Source of the DNA: an uncultured Candidatus Saccharibacteria bacterium
GTDB taxonomy: Bacteria > Patescibacteriota > Minisyncoccia > Phycocordibacterales > JACOZG01
Direction of reading: 5' to 3'
Assembly: GCA_964460805.1 (NCBI GenBank)
Contig: CAYWPU010000002.1
Coordinates: forward strand, 18,663-82,662
Length of the DNA: 64,000 nucleotides
A program made the translations under genes and the position numbers. Every line of letters begins with the position of its first letter. The stretch's first letter is position 1. The notes beneath the pieces are model-generated. The model ran no database searches. It saw only the letters and a program-made list of their open reading frames with translations, and had not been told where the DNA came from. Below are positions 44,333 to 54,199 of the stretch, piece by piece.

Positions 44333-45031
44333 CTAGCTAATTGCGTCCGCAGGAATGGAGGTGGAAACGGGTAGCAGATTTGGCTTGCCCATGAGTCCCC
44401 CATGGCCCATGAAAACATACCACTGCTCCGTTGAGAGCATCGTGCTGGCCAGAAAGAAACCTTGGAACCCTGTCCACTCATTGTAGAGTTGGGCAAAAGG
44501 AACACGCAAGTTCCCAGTCTGATTTTCCTCCAACACCACATGGACCTGTCCATGTGAGGCGGCCTGATTCAGGTTCCTTGTGACCTTGAGAAGATCGGAT
44601 GTTAGCTTTCCCAAGATCGCAATGCGCGCCTGGATGACCTCCAAGACCGCTCGGAATCCACCAGCTCGAGCAAGACCAACCACCTCACTCCACGAGGAGT
44701 CGCAGACGAGACCAGCACCAACAAAACAGTCGCCCGTTGCTTGCAGATCCAACGAGTGGAGGGTTGGGAGATCCTCAAACCGAGCCTCCTCCATCTTTTC
44801 CCGAAGGGCAACCAAATGATCGTCCATTTGGGAAAGGTGGGCCACCGATGAATTGAGGTTTTCTTCCATTGCCTGGAGTGAACCCTTGTGACCATCGAGC
44901 TCGAAGAGAATCACATCTTCAAGCGCAACATTTGCGAGCTCGAATTGACTCCGAGCAAGCGACATGGAGCGCGAGAGCTTTGTGCTCTGCGGCAAATAAT
45001 GGCTACAAGGTTGGTGGTTTATTCCACCCAT
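44333..45031 (-). CDS. Hypothetical protein (232 aa)
   Basis: AAGGTGA SD before the ATG. TTGACA-16-TATACT promoter ~75 nt upstream with a structured leader. No family recognised. Confidence 0.55.
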   Translation of the reverse strand: MGGINHQPCSHYLPQSTKLSRSMSLARSQFELANVALEDVILFELDGHKGSLQAMEENLNSSVAHLSQMDDHLVALREKMEEARFEDLPTLHSLDLQATGDCFVGAGLVCDSSWSEVVGLARAGGFRAVLEVIQARIAILGKLTSDLLKVTRNLNQAASHGQVHVVLEENQTGNLRVPFAQLYNEWTGFQGFFLASTMLSTEQWYVFMGHGGLMGKPNLLPVSTSIPADAIS

Positions 45032-45257
45032 AAATCACCTTACTTTCCGGGCCTCAGCCCTGTAAAGACCTGACTGGCACCATACCAGTACTGAGGTAAA
45101 GTATATAGCTAGCCGCGATGGTGTCAAGTATTACTTCCTCAACATGTCCAAAGCACCATCCGGATAGATTTTGACTTGCTCACCTTTCACATCCAGCAAA
45201 GAGACCCAAGATTCGGTGTTACCCGTATCTAGTATCCTGATTTCTGTTTGCTGTCGC

Positions 45258-45686
45258 TCATTCAAGTTGATCTTCAACAGTCTCAGTTATCTCCGAGATG
45301 TTGGTGGATTCTGGATCAGGTTGATCGTTTTCTGTCTCGGGCTCAGTCTCAATCATCTCTGCACACTCGTCCGCTGGATCATCACCACAGACCGTCTCTT
45401 CGCAAGGGATGAGGCCAGAGACGCACTCGTCCAGACAAGAGTTATCAGCGCATTTGGGGAAGTCGCCAGCAGGAACAGAGAAAATCCGATAATTCTCCAG
45501 TTCATTTGGCGGACAGTCTCCGGTACTACAATCGCGAGTGAAGCACACCTCCCCCGCAGGATCGCACGGAGCCTCTACGATAAAATTATAGTCTTTCAGA
45601 ACAAGAAACTTATAGCCGGTACTGGCGATTACAGCAACCACCGAGAGCGATAGTATCCAGAGCAAAACCTTAGTTGATTTTTCCAT
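45258..45686 (-). CDS. Secreted or membrane-anchored Cys-rich protein (12 Cys) with a highly acidic C-terminal tail
   Basis: N-terminal signal/TM helix, then ...APCDPAGEVCFTRDCSTGDCPP...KCADNSCLDECVSGLIPCEETVCGDDPADEC..., followed by a Glu/Asp/Thr/Pro-rich tail. Confidence 0.6.
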   Translation of the reverse strand: MEKSTKVLLWILSLSVVAVIASTGYKFLVLKDYNFIVEAPCDPAGEVCFTRDCSTGDCPPNELENYRIFSVPAGDFPKCADNSCLDECVSGLIPCEETVCGDDPADECAEMIETEPETENDQPDPESTNISEITETVEDQLE

Positions 45687-45721
45687 GGTCTTTCAATTAT
45701 ATAACACCAGTTTACCTTGTC

Positions 45722-45765
45722 AAAAATAAAAACAACCGCGCTTCTCGTGAGAGAAAACGCGGTTG
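45722..45765 (-). terminator. Intrinsic terminator (- strand) after gene 45774..46340
   Basis: The reverse complement reads caaccgcg-17nt-cgcggttg-TTTTTATTTTTG. Confidence 0.7.
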
Positions 45766-45773
45766 CAGTGTAA

Positions 45774-46340
45774 CTAGTCTAGCTGAAAAACCCAACGGAA
45801 GGCGACAATTATCGCCGACCAGCGGATAGTCCAGTAGAGATTGGCGACAACGGTTGAGGCCAGGAAGATTTTCCAATCTCTCCGGCTCATGCCGTTATAC
45901 TGGTAGCTCCCCTGGCGCAGGTAGAGCATCGTCATCGTAGGATCCTCTTTGATGGAGAGGATCACGAACGCCCACACATCGCCACGGTGTAAGAGCTTGG
46001 TAATCCGGCCTCGCCAGCCTGGTACCACCGCTCTCCCCTTGAGGTCCTTGATCGCCTCAAAAGAGAACCAATCCTTTTTAAGTCTGTCATACAACCAGAT
46101 CTCAAAAAGATTAAACGGCACAGAGAGCGGAGTCATGATCGCCCAAGCAGCGGCACTGCCCCAGCTCTCGCCCCAGATCCTACTGAGCCAGACAATCATT
46201 GCCGGGTAGGCAATGTTGTCAAAGACAAAATCTAGCCCAGCCTTGCCGGCATAACCAGTACCAAAGGCACCAATCCGCCGCACAGCAGCTCTCCAGAAGT
46301 CGCCCCAGTTGGACGACTTCCTCTTGGAAATATCGTCCAT
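45774..46340 (-). CDS. Hypothetical membrane-associated protein (188 aa)
   Basis: Two to three hydrophobic helices with Trp-rich segments; no family recognised. Confidence 0.55.
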   Translation of the reverse strand: MDDISKRKSSNWGDFWRAAVRRIGAFGTGYAGKAGLDFVFDNIAYPAMIVWLSRIWGESWGSAAAWAIMTPLSVPFNLFEIWLYDRLKKDWFSFEAIKDLKGRAVVPGWRGRITKLLHRGDVWAFVILSIKEDPTMTMLYLRQGSYQYNGMSRRDWKIFLASTVVANLYWTIRWSAIIVAFRWVFQLD

Positions 46341-46483
46341 CTCTAGACTCCTTCTATTGTAAAAGACCCATCTTGGAATAGCCTCACTTGAGACTAAATA
46401 CCCCCTGTCTCTATGTTAGCATAACCAATATATTTTGTCAAGTATGTTCTTGGATTCAGATACAACAAAATAATGAACAGGAT

Positions 46484-46636
46484 TCACCGCTTCCTCTGGA
46501 TCAGAGCGTAGGCAAAGCTCCAGGACCAGTAACCTGCCCGGCCAATACACCACAGCACCACCATGGTTTGCTCAGGGAACCAAGTAATCAAGCGGACTAG
46601 TGTGAGACCAATAATGGTTAACCAAAACAAAGTCAT
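46484..46636 (-). CDS. Possible small hydrophobic protein (50 aa; below the ORF-track size cutoff)
   Basis: ATG..TGA ORF MTLFWLTIIGLTLVRLITWFPEQTMVVLWCIGRAGYWSWSFAYALIQRKR with one TM helix plus a Trp-rich amphipathic segment. No SD found. Confidence 0.3.
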   Translation of the reverse strand: MTLFWLTIIGLTLVRLITWFPEQTMVVLWCIGRAGYWSWSFAYALIQRKR

Positions 46637-46647
46637 CGCAAGAGAAG

Positions 46648-47148
46648 TTATGCAAGGGATTTTAAAAATTCTCTTTTCCTTTCTTCCGGACTGAAAGATA
46701 AAGAATAATCCCAGGCTTCACTGTAGATATTGTTGCCAAATTTTTTATCTAGTTCTTTGTCCCAAGCTACAGTTTCTTGAGCGAATTCATCGCCATACAG
46801 ATCAACTAGTACATCGTAAAGCGCTAGAAATAAAACTTTATGTCTAAGCAAACTGCTCTGTGCTCCCATCTTTATCAATTTATACAGTAGACGATGACCA
46901 AGCTCATGAACCAAGACCGCCTTCTTGCGTCCTAAGTCTAAAGTATGACGAAGGGTTAAGGGGTGCGAGTAGCCCCGACAATGGAACACTGTGGCGTTGA
47001 TAAAATTCTCACGAAAATTCAGCCCCGTTATCTTGGTCCAAGCAGTAGTGATCCGTTCACCCTCTTCTTTCCAGATTTTCTCGTACTCTGCTACTCCTGT
47101 GTGGAAGTCTTCAAGGTCAGAATCTGGGTGAAAATTTATCTTTAGCAT
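46648..47148 (-). CDS. Putative zinc metallopeptidase (HExxH motif; ImmA/IrrE- or SprT/WLM-like)
   Basis: VLVHELGHRLLY contains HExxH in a hydrophobic helix context; 166 aa. Confidence 0.55.
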   Translation of the reverse strand: MLKINFHPDSDLEDFHTGVAEYEKIWKEEGERITTAWTKITGLNFRENFINATVFHCRGYSHPLTLRHTLDLGRKKAVLVHELGHRLLYKLIKMGAQSSLLRHKVLFLALYDVLVDLYGDEFAQETVAWDKELDKKFGNNIYSEAWDYSLSFSPEERKREFLKSLA

Positions 47149-47186
47149 CTTGTGTTTGCAAGAGTTTGCAAGAAAAGAAAAAGAGT

Positions 47187-48251
47187 CTAAATCCCCTCGC
47201 CCTTTAATTCCTCCACTGTTGCTCTAGCCTTTTTAGAAAGTTTAGTCGGGATCTGGATCACTGCGCGGATCAGGAGGTCGCCGCGGCGGCCACTCTGCGC
47301 TGGCACGCCCCGGCCAGGCACGCGGATGATCTCGCCATAGGCTACACCCGCCGGGATCCTCACCTTCACAGCGCCATCAAGCGTTTCTATTGAGTACTCA
47401 GAGCCAAGCAGGGCATCTGTCAGTTTAACCGGCAAGTCCATAGTCAGGTTCTGCCCGTCACGGCGGAGGAACTTGTGCTTTTCCACATGCACTCGCACGT
47501 AGAGGTCGCCGGCCACGCCGCCCTGGGCCACCGCTTCGCCTTTATTCGCAAGTCTGATCATCTCGCCATTCTCAATGCCAGCTGGCACGACAATTTTAAT
47601 TTCTTCGGTTTTCTTCAGTACTCCACGACCAGAGCAATTAGCGCAAGGCTTCTCTGGCACTTTACCCGAGCCACGACACACCTCACACTCCCGCGCAACA
47701 GAGAAAGTACCCAGGAACGAGCGTCGAGTCTCGTGGATCTTGCCTTTGCCAGCGCAGGTAGTGCAAGTTTTCTGCGTTGCTCCCACTGCAGCGCCAGAAC
47801 CGGAGCAGGTCTCGCAGAGACCAATTTTATTAATCAGCACCTTCCGCTCTGTGCCAAAAATTGATTCTGCAAAGCTGACTTGGATATCTACTGAGATATC
47901 GCGCCCGCGCTTAGCTCCGCCTCGCCGCGCGCTACCAAAGAAGTCACCAAAGATATCACCCAAATCAAACTCAAAGTCCGCTCCGTTCTGACCGGTGAAA
48001 TTGCTAAAGTCAAAACCAAAACCGCCCGGATTGCCGCCACCAGCACTGGCCGAACCATAAGCATCATATTGCCGGCGTTTGCCCTCGTCAGAGAGCACCT
48101 GGTAAGCCTCGCTCACTTCCTTGAACTTCGCTTCATCTCCGCCTTTTTTATCCGGATGATACTTGTGCGCAAGCTTATGGAAAGCTTTTTTAATTTCCTC
48201 TTTAGAGGCCTGCTGGCCAACGCCTAAGATTTCGTAATAATTCTTAGACAT
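47187..48251 (-). CDS. dnaJ: Molecular chaperone DnaJ
   Basis: J-domain with HPD (YHPDK), G/F region, four CxxCxGxG zinc-finger repeats, C-terminal domains. Confidence 0.95.
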   Translation of the reverse strand: MSKNYYEILGVGQQASKEEIKKAFHKLAHKYHPDKKGGDEAKFKEVSEAYQVLSDEGKRRQYDAYGSASAGGGNPGGFGFDFSNFTGQNGADFEFDLGDIFGDFFGSARRGGAKRGRDISVDIQVSFAESIFGTERKVLINKIGLCETCSGSGAAVGATQKTCTTCAGKGKIHETRRSFLGTFSVARECEVCRGSGKVPEKPCANCSGRGVLKKTEEIKIVVPAGIENGEMIRLANKGEAVAQGGVAGDLYVRVHVEKHKFLRRDGQNLTMDLPVKLTDALLGSEYSIETLDGAVKVRIPAGVAYGEIIRVPGRGVPAQSGRRGDLLIRAVIQIPTKLSKKARATVEELKGEGI

Positions 48252-50128
48252 TATTTATTTTGTTCAGGTTCACCACTCGCTGGTGGCTCCTCAGCCGGTG
48301 GAGTCTGGTTCTGGTTTGCCTTATTGATCGCCTCGCCGATCTTCTGCATCGCGGTTGAGAGCGCCTCAGTTGCTTGTTTAATTACCGCCAGATCTGAGTT
48401 CTCTCTCGCCTTTTTTACCGCTTCTATCTTCTCTGTTACTTCAGTCTTTATCTCCTCAGCAATTTTGCCTTCCGCGTCTTTTAGCGCCTTTTCTGCTGTG
48501 TGGATCATCTGATCAGCCAGGTTGCGCGTTTCAGCTAATTCTTTTTTCTTCTTATCCTCATCAGCGTGCAATTCTGCGTCTTTCTTCATCTTTTCAATTT
48601 CTTCGTCAGTCAAGCCAGAGCGCGCTTCTATCCGGATAGACTGCTCTTTGCCAGTCGCTTTATCTTTAGCCTTCACGCTCAAGATGCCGTTGGCATCAAT
48701 ATCAAAAGTCACTTCCACCTGCGGCATACCGCGTGGCGCTGGCGCAATGCCGTCTAAAATAAATCTGCCTAATGATTTATTATCAGAGGCCATCTGCCGC
48801 TCGCCTTGCGTGATGTGGATCTCTACCTGAGTCTGATTATCCGCGGCAGTAGAGAAGACCTGCGAGCGCGAGGTGGGGATGGTTGTGTTCTTCTCTATCA
48901 GTTTAGTACTCACTCCGCCAAGAGTTTCAATACCAAGCGATAGCGGTATCACGTCCAACAAGAGCACGTCTTTCACGTCGCCCTGGAAGATGCCTGCCTG
49001 GATCGCCGCGCCTACCGCCACCACCTCATCCGGATTGATAGAACGATTTGGTTCTTTACTAAACAAATTCTTCACCGCCTCAATAATCGCCGGCATGCGC
49101 GTTTGCCCACCCACCATGATGATCTCTTCAATATCAGCCAACTTATAGCCCGAGCTCTCCACCGCGCGCTTGGTGATCTCAATGGAACGATCAATATACT
49201 CCCGGGCCAAGTCTTCCAGCTTGGCGCGGCTCAGCTTGAGCAAGAGATGCTTGGGCCCAGAAGCGTCAGAAGTAATAAAAGGCAAGTTGATCTCAGTCTC
49301 CACAATAGTAGAAAGCTCGTGCTTCGCCTTCTCTGCCGCTTCTTTCAGTCTCTGGAGTGCCAGTTCATCTTTAGTGACGTCTATCCCTGACTCTTTTTTA
49401 TACTCATCAGCAATCCACTTGATGATCTTCTGATCAATATCTTCGCCACCCATGTGTGAGTCGCCGTCTGTGGCCTTCACCACAATGCTTTGTTCACCTT
49501 CCTCGCCAGTGATCTCTAAAATAGAAATATCAAATGTGCCGCCGCCAAAGTCATAGACAGCCACTTGTTCGTTTTTTCGCTTATTAAAGCCGTAGGCCAG
49601 CGCCGCGGCGGTAGGCTCGTTGATGATTCTTCGAACTTTAAAGCCCGCAATCTCGCCAGCATCACGTGTCGCCTTGCGTTGTGAGTCATCAAAGTAAGCC
49701 GGCACCGTGATCACCGCTTCCTCAATCTTCTCGCCCAGGTGCGCTTCGGCGTCTTTCTTCAACTTTTGCAGGATCATGGCTGAGACCTCTTCCGGCCGGT
49801 AGAACTTCTCGCCCAGCTTCACCTTCACCCCACCCTCATCTGCTTTTTCAATCACATAAGGCGCGGTTTGTTTATCTCGTTGGACATTGGGATCCTCAAA
49901 CTTGTGTCCCATCAGGCGCTTAACACCATGGATGGTATTCCGAGGATTAGTCACCGCCTGGCGCTTAGCTAGCAAGCCCACCAATCTCTCTCCCGACTTA
50001 GAGAGACCAGCAATAGATGGCGTAGTCCGCGCACCCTCGCTATTTTCAACAATTTTCGGTTCTCCGCCCTCAATATAAGCCATGGCGGAGTTGGTAGTAC
50101 CCAGATCAATACCTAAGATTTTTGCCAT
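48251..50128 (-). CDS. dnaK: Molecular chaperone DnaK (Hsp70)
   Basis: [18 protein letters not shown] and other Hsp70 signatures. Confidence 0.97.
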   Translation of the reverse strand: MAKILGIDLGTTNSAMAYIEGGEPKIVENSEGARTTPSIAGLSKSGERLVGLLAKRQAVTNPRNTIHGVKRLMGHKFEDPNVQRDKQTAPYVIEKADEGGVKVKLGEKFYRPEEVSAMILQKLKKDAEAHLGEKIEEAVITVPAYFDDSQRKATRDAGEIAGFKVRRIINEPTAAALAYGFNKRKNEQVAVYDFGGGTFDISILEITGEEGEQSIVVKATDGDSHMGGEDIDQKIIKWIADEYKKESGIDVTKDELALQRLKEAAEKAKHELSTIVETEINLPFITSDASGPKHLLLKLSRAKLEDLAREYIDRSIEITKRAVESSGYKLADIEEIIMVGGQTRMPAIIEAVKNLFSKEPNRSINPDEVVAVGAAIQAGIFQGDVKDVLLLDVIPLSLGIETLGGVSTKLIEKNTTIPTSRSQVFSTAADNQTQVEIHITQGERQMASDNKSLGRFILDGIAPAPRGMPQVEVTFDIDANGILSVKAKDKATGKEQSIRIEARSGLTDEEIEKMKKDAELHADEDKKKKELAETRNLADQMIHTAEKALKDAEGKIAEEIKTEVTEKIEAVKKARENSDLAVIKQATEALSTAMQKIGEAINKANQNQTPPAEEPPASGEPEQNK

Positions 50129-50154
50129 AATTTATATTTTTGTGATTTTAATTT

Positions 50155-50697
50155 TTATATCTTGTGGCCGACTTTGACCATCGCCGGCCGGATCACCTTG
50201 TGATGCAACTGATAGCCCTTCTGGATGACCTCCAGCACCAGATTATCTTCTTCTGCTTTGTTCGTGTCAATATTTGCAATCGCCTGCGCCAGATTGGGAT
50301 CAAAAGTCTGGCCAATCGGATTAATTGCCTCAAGACCGTGGCGCTGGAAGATGCCCTGCATCTTGTTCGCCAGATTCTGGATCCCTTCGCGCCAAGTCTC
50401 GTCAGTATCAGCCAGGCTCAAGGCTTGGTCAAAGCCGTCCATCACCGAGATAAAGTCTAAGAGCAATTTCTCGTTCGCAAATTTTGCCAATTTCTCTGCC
50501 GCTTGCTCGCTGGTTCTCTTGAGATTGGCATAATCAGCACGCAATCTCTGGCTTGCGTCTAAGTACTCCTGTTTCTCAGCTTGGCAAAGCTTCAGTTTAT
50601 CACGCAGTTTCTTCAGCGCCTCTCCAGCCCCGGCCTCTTCTGACACCACTTCTTCTGTCCCCTCTGCCTCAATAAATTCTTCTTCCTCGTACTTCAC
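50155..50697 (-). CDS. grpE: Nucleotide exchange factor GrpE
   Basis: Long N-terminal helix plus a C-terminal beta domain with typical GrpE motifs (RLRADYANLKRT, ...HHKVIRPAMV). Confidence 0.95.
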   Translation of the reverse strand: MKYEEEEFIEAEGTEEVVSEEAGAGEALKKLRDKLKLCQAEKQEYLDASQRLRADYANLKRTSEQAAEKLAKFANEKLLLDFISVMDGFDQALSLADTDETWREGIQNLANKMQGIFQRHGLEAINPIGQTFDPNLAQAIANIDTNKAEEDNLVLEVIQKGYQLHHKVIRPAMVKVGHKI

Positions 50698-50716
50698 CGC
50701 AAGGTTAAATAAATAA

Positions 50717-50890
50717 TTAAGCTAAATCTTCCTCACTTTGCTCTTTTTGCTTCTGTTTCAGCTCAGCATGGCGGCCGTCTTCGCAAGTGCAATCAGCCAA
50801 GATGTCGCCGTTCTGTGGGCAATCAGCCGTCTGGCAAACGCCAGGCAGCTCTGCCACACCCTCACAAGCAGTACACGTGTAGTGCGTCAT
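50717..50890 (-). CDS. Possible small acidic Cys-rich (zinc-ribbon-like) protein, 57 aa (below the ORF-track cutoff)
   Basis: MTHYTCTACEGVAELPGVCQTADCPQNGDILADCTCEDGRHAELKQKQKEQSEEDLA contains CxxC, CxxxxC and CxC. It sits between rpsI and grpE on the same strand. No SD. Confidence 0.4.
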   Translation of the reverse strand: MTHYTCTACEGVAELPGVCQTADCPQNGDILADCTCEDGRHAELKQKQKEQSEEDLA

Positions 50891-50926
50891 GATAGTTATA
50901 TTAAATTAACAAAACAGCTGATAAAA

Positions 50927-51331
50927 TTACCGCTTACTCCACTGCGGAGACTTGCGAGCCTTCTTGAGGCCGAACTTCCTCCGCTCTTTCATTCTAGCAT
51001 CCCGAGTCAAGTGTTGTCCCTTCCGCAAGTCAGCCTTTTTCTCTGGCATCAGTTTAAGGATAGCGCGAGCCAAGCCGTGCGCCAGTGCGCCAGCCTGAGA
51101 GTGGATGCCGCCGCCCAAGACCCTCACACTCACAGAGTACTTCTCTCCAGGCAGAGTCTCAGTCAGCGGCTGAGTCGCCACTAGCCGCATCTCCTCAGTT
51201 GGGAAGTATTTATCTAGAGTTTTTCCGTTCACAAAGAAGTGGCTCTTGTTATCGGCCATCAGGCGCACGCGGGCCACGGCCTCCTTGCGCCGACCCAGTC
51301 CCTCGTAATATTGCACTGTATTTTTTGTCAT
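50927..51331 (-). CDS. rpsI: 30S ribosomal protein S9
   Basis: Typical uS9 with the C-terminal ...KKARKSPQWSKR. Confidence 0.95.
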   Translation of the reverse strand: MTKNTVQYYEGLGRRKEAVARVRLMADNKSHFFVNGKTLDKYFPTEEMRLVATQPLTETLPGEKYSVSVRVLGGGIHSQAGALAHGLARAILKLMPEKKADLRKGQHLTRDARMKERRKFGLKKARKSPQWSKR

Positions 51332-51342
51332 AAATTATTTGC

Positions 51343-51696
51343 TTATTCAGTAATGTGCAATTGACTCAATAATTTAGCGCGGAGCTTATTGCGTGGCAAC
51401 ATCCCGGTGATAGCGTGGCGCAATGGCTCAGTTAGGCCATGCTTGGCCGCCACATCAGACATGCTTGGCTGTCTCAAGCCGCCGGGGTAACCACTATAAC
51501 GCGAATAAGTCTTGGCTGTCAGTTTATTACCAGAGATCTTAAGCCTACCGGCATTGCTGATCTCCACCCGCACTTTGGGTGCAATGTGGCGCGCATAATC
51601 TGGAGTCGTTTTGCCACGTAAGATCATCGCCGCCTCGGTGGCTACTCGCCCTAAGGCTCTCCCGCTTGCATCAATTTTATAAATTTGCGTATTCAT
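51343..51696 (-). CDS. rplM: 50S ribosomal protein L13
   Basis: uL13 sequence; lies in the canonical rplM-rpsI pair. Confidence 0.95.
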   Translation of the reverse strand: MNTQIYKIDASGRALGRVATEAAMILRGKTTPDYARHIAPKVRVEISNAGRLKISGNKLTAKTYSRYSGYPGGLRQPSMSDVAAKHGLTEPLRHAITGMLPRNKLRAKLLSQLHITE

Positions 51697-51718
51697 GATT
51701 CAGGCTACTTCTACATTT

Positions 51719-52069
51719 TTACACTAGCTCAATCAGCGCCCTCGGGCTGGCGTCGCTGCGCCGAGCTGGTAACTTGATAATCCGAGTATAACCACCCGCC
51801 CGGCCAGCATAGCGCGGAGCCACGTCTTTAATCAACTTTTGCACGCGGGCTGGCGTACCCAGCTGACTAATCAGCTCACGGCGATTGGCTAGAGTATTCT
51901 CTCTGGCGCGGGTGATCAACTTCTCCACATAGGGTCGGAGTTCCTTGGCTCGCGCCTCGGTGGTCTCAATCCGCCCATGTTTAATCAAGCCCTCCGCCAG
52001 CGAGCGCTTGAGCGCCAAGCGTTGGTTGCTCTCTCGGCCAAATTTACGATTGTGATTACCGTGCCGCAT
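51719..52069 (-). CDS. rplQ: 50S ribosomal protein L17
   Basis: MRHGNHNRKFGR... is a canonical bL17. Confidence 0.95.
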   Translation of the reverse strand: MRHGNHNRKFGRESNQRLALKRSLAEGLIKHGRIETTEARAKELRPYVEKLITRARENTLANRRELISQLGTPARVQKLIKDVAPRYAGRAGGYTRIIKLPARRSDASPRALIELV

Positions 52070-52077
52070 AATAATTA

Positions 52078-53043
52078 TTAAGCCTTCAAGCTCAAGCCAT
52101 TAGACTCTAGAATATCTTTGATCTCTTGTACACTCTTACCGCCCAAGCCATCTATCTCTACCAGGTCCTCCTCCCGCTTGCGAGCCAGACCGCCCAAGGT
52201 GCGGATACCAGCCGCCGCTAGGGCCTTGATCGTCCGGCTGGAGAAATTGACCTCCTCCACGCGGATCTTTAGCACGTCCTGACTGGCTGACTCACGCTTC
52301 TCTCCAGCCTCACCCAACTCCTTAGCCGGAGACTCTAACTCCGGATCCTGGAAGCCGATAATTGCCTTAAGCTGAGTAATCATAATGGCAATAGAATTCT
52401 CTAGTGCCTGGTGCGGCGTGATGGTGCCGTCCGTCTCAATGTGCAGGCGCAAGCGATTATAGTTAGTCATATCGCCCACGCGCATGTTCTCCACCTCATA
52501 GCTCACTTGCCTAATAGGACTAAAAACAGCATCAAGATAAATCGTGCCAATCTCATTGGCTTCACGACGAAAGAACTCTTTGGCTACGTAACCCAAGCCC
52601 TTCTTCACATGCATCTCAATATCCAGGCTCGCTTTCTTATCTGTGAGCGTGGCAATCACTAAATCTTTATTGAGGATCTCTACCTGGCCACCTGCTTTAA
52701 TATCGCCAGCAGTCACCACACCCTCACCCTTAGCAGAGAGTTGGATTCGTTCTGGTCCCTCACCAGAGAGCTGGAAGCGCACCTTCTTGAGCGCCAAGAT
52801 AATACTGATTACATCTTCTTTTACGCCAGATAGCGTAGCAAACTCGTGCTCGGCGCCAGCGATCTTGACTGCCGTAATCGCCGTGCCAGACATAGACGAG
52901 AGGATAATCCGGCGGAGCGAGTTCCCCAATGTGTGACCATAGCCAGGGAAGAGGCCCTCAATCTCGTAAGAGCCGCGATGCTGATCCTCGCTGATGATCT
53001 TGGGCTTGGATGGGAGAACGATATTTGTTTCTATCATATTCAT
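52078..53043 (-). CDS. rpoA: DNA-directed RNA polymerase subunit alpha
   Basis: N-terminal dimerisation/assembly domain and C-terminal alpha-CTD (...LGGKSVQEIKDIL...). Confidence 0.95.
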   Translation of the reverse strand: MNMIETNIVLPSKPKIISEDQHRGSYEIEGLFPGYGHTLGNSLRRIILSSMSGTAITAVKIAGAEHEFATLSGVKEDVISIILALKKVRFQLSGEGPERIQLSAKGEGVVTAGDIKAGGQVEILNKDLVIATLTDKKASLDIEMHVKKGLGYVAKEFFRREANEIGTIYLDAVFSPIRQVSYEVENMRVGDMTNYNRLRLHIETDGTITPHQALENSIAIMITQLKAIIGFQDPELESPAKELGEAGEKRESASQDVLKIRVEEVNFSSRTIKALAAAGIRTLGGLARKREEDLVEIDGLGGKSVQEIKDILESNGLSLKA

Positions 53044-53082
53044 AATTTTACTTATAATTTATATAAACTTATTTTGTAAAAA

Positions 53083-53739
53083 TTACACTCGGCTATAGAA
53101 CTCCAAAATAGCACCAAAATTGATCTCGCTCTCTGTGGTGCCCAAGAGAGGCTTAGCCAAAACCTTGCCCTCCTTTGCCAACTCGTCATAAGCGAGCCAG
53201 GGCGGGACCTGCCGACCAGCGGTCTCTTGCCCACTTGCCGTGTCATTAGCACCTGCCAAGCGGCCGGCACCTCCAGCCCGGCTCTCAGGACGGATCGCCA
53301 CCTTGTCGCCCACAGCCAGCTGATGAGAGGGAATATTGAGTCGGCGGCCATTCACCACCACGTGACCATGAGTAACCAATTGCCTGGCCGCGCCGCGCGA
53401 GGGCGCCAGTCCGAGACGGAAGACGGCATTGTCCAGACGCAATTCAAGCAACTGATACAAGCGCACCTGGGGTGTCTCAGTAGAGCTATGCTTCTCGCGG
53501 ACAGATTTAACATAGCTTGCAAACTGCCCTTCTTTAAGCAGGTAGGTATAGCGCGCCTTCTGCTTCTCCAGCAACTGCTGGCCATATTCAGAGAGAGCGC
53601 GAGGACGCCGGCCAGTGCTCATACCACCCTTCTTGCCGCCCTGGCCAGCGGTAGTGAGGCTAAATTTAGCCGTCTGAGTCTTCGGGAAAACCCGAGCCCC
53701 AAGGCGACGAGCGATCTTAAATTTTGGTCCGATAAGCAT
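53083..53739 (-). CDS. rpsD: 30S ribosomal protein S4
   Basis: MLIGPKFKIARRLG... with an S4 RNA-binding domain. Confidence 0.95.
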   Translation of the reverse strand: MLIGPKFKIARRLGARVFPKTQTAKFSLTTAGQGGKKGGMSTGRRPRALSEYGQQLLEKQKARYTYLLKEGQFASYVKSVREKHSSTETPQVRLYQLLELRLDNAVFRLGLAPSRGAARQLVTHGHVVVNGRRLNIPSHQLAVGDKVAIRPESRAGGAGRLAGANDTASGQETAGRQVPPWLAYDELAKEGKVLAKPLLGTTESEINFGAILEFYSRV

Positions 53740-53760
53740 AATTAAATATAAAAAATTATT

Positions 53761-54192
53761 TTAGACGCGGCGAGGCTTCTTGGGCTTGGGGCCATTAAAC
53801 GGCACCGGAGTGGTGTCTTTAATGCTGTTGATTACTAAGCCCTTACCAGCAAAGGCGCGGATCGCTGCCTCCCGACCAGCACCCACGCCACGCACCACCA
53901 CATCTACCTCCTTGAGCCCGAGAGCCTGGGAACGGTCAACCAGGAGCTCTGCCACCTTGCCGGCCGCAAACGGTGTCCCCTTCTTGGCACCCTTAAAGCC
54001 AAGAGAACCGCTAGAAGACCAGAGATAAGCATTACCAGAGGCATCAGCCAGCAAGATCTTGGTATTATTATAAGTAGCCTCAATGTGGAAAACGCCAGCG
54101 GCTAGCTTCTTCTTACCAGTAGCAACTGCCGCCTTACCAGCTACGCCAGCATTATCTACCCCAGATTCAGTGATGATACGTTTCTTACCCAT
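53761..54192 (-). CDS. rpsK: 30S ribosomal protein S11
   Basis: uS11 sequence. Confidence 0.95.
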   Translation of the reverse strand: MGKKRIITESGVDNAGVAGKAAVATGKKKLAAGVFHIEATYNNTKILLADASGNAYLWSSSGSLGFKGAKKGTPFAAGKVAELLVDRSQALGLKEVDVVVRGVGAGREAAIRAFAGKGLVINSIKDTTPVPFNGPKPKKPRRV

Positions 54193-54199
54193 AAATTAA

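Noticed and set aside
47475-49433. Multiple 60-138-aa + strand ORFs within dnaJ and dnaK
   Set aside because: They are antisense to highly conserved chaperone genes. Their Ser/Ala/Phe-rich translations are typical of reverse-strand noise.
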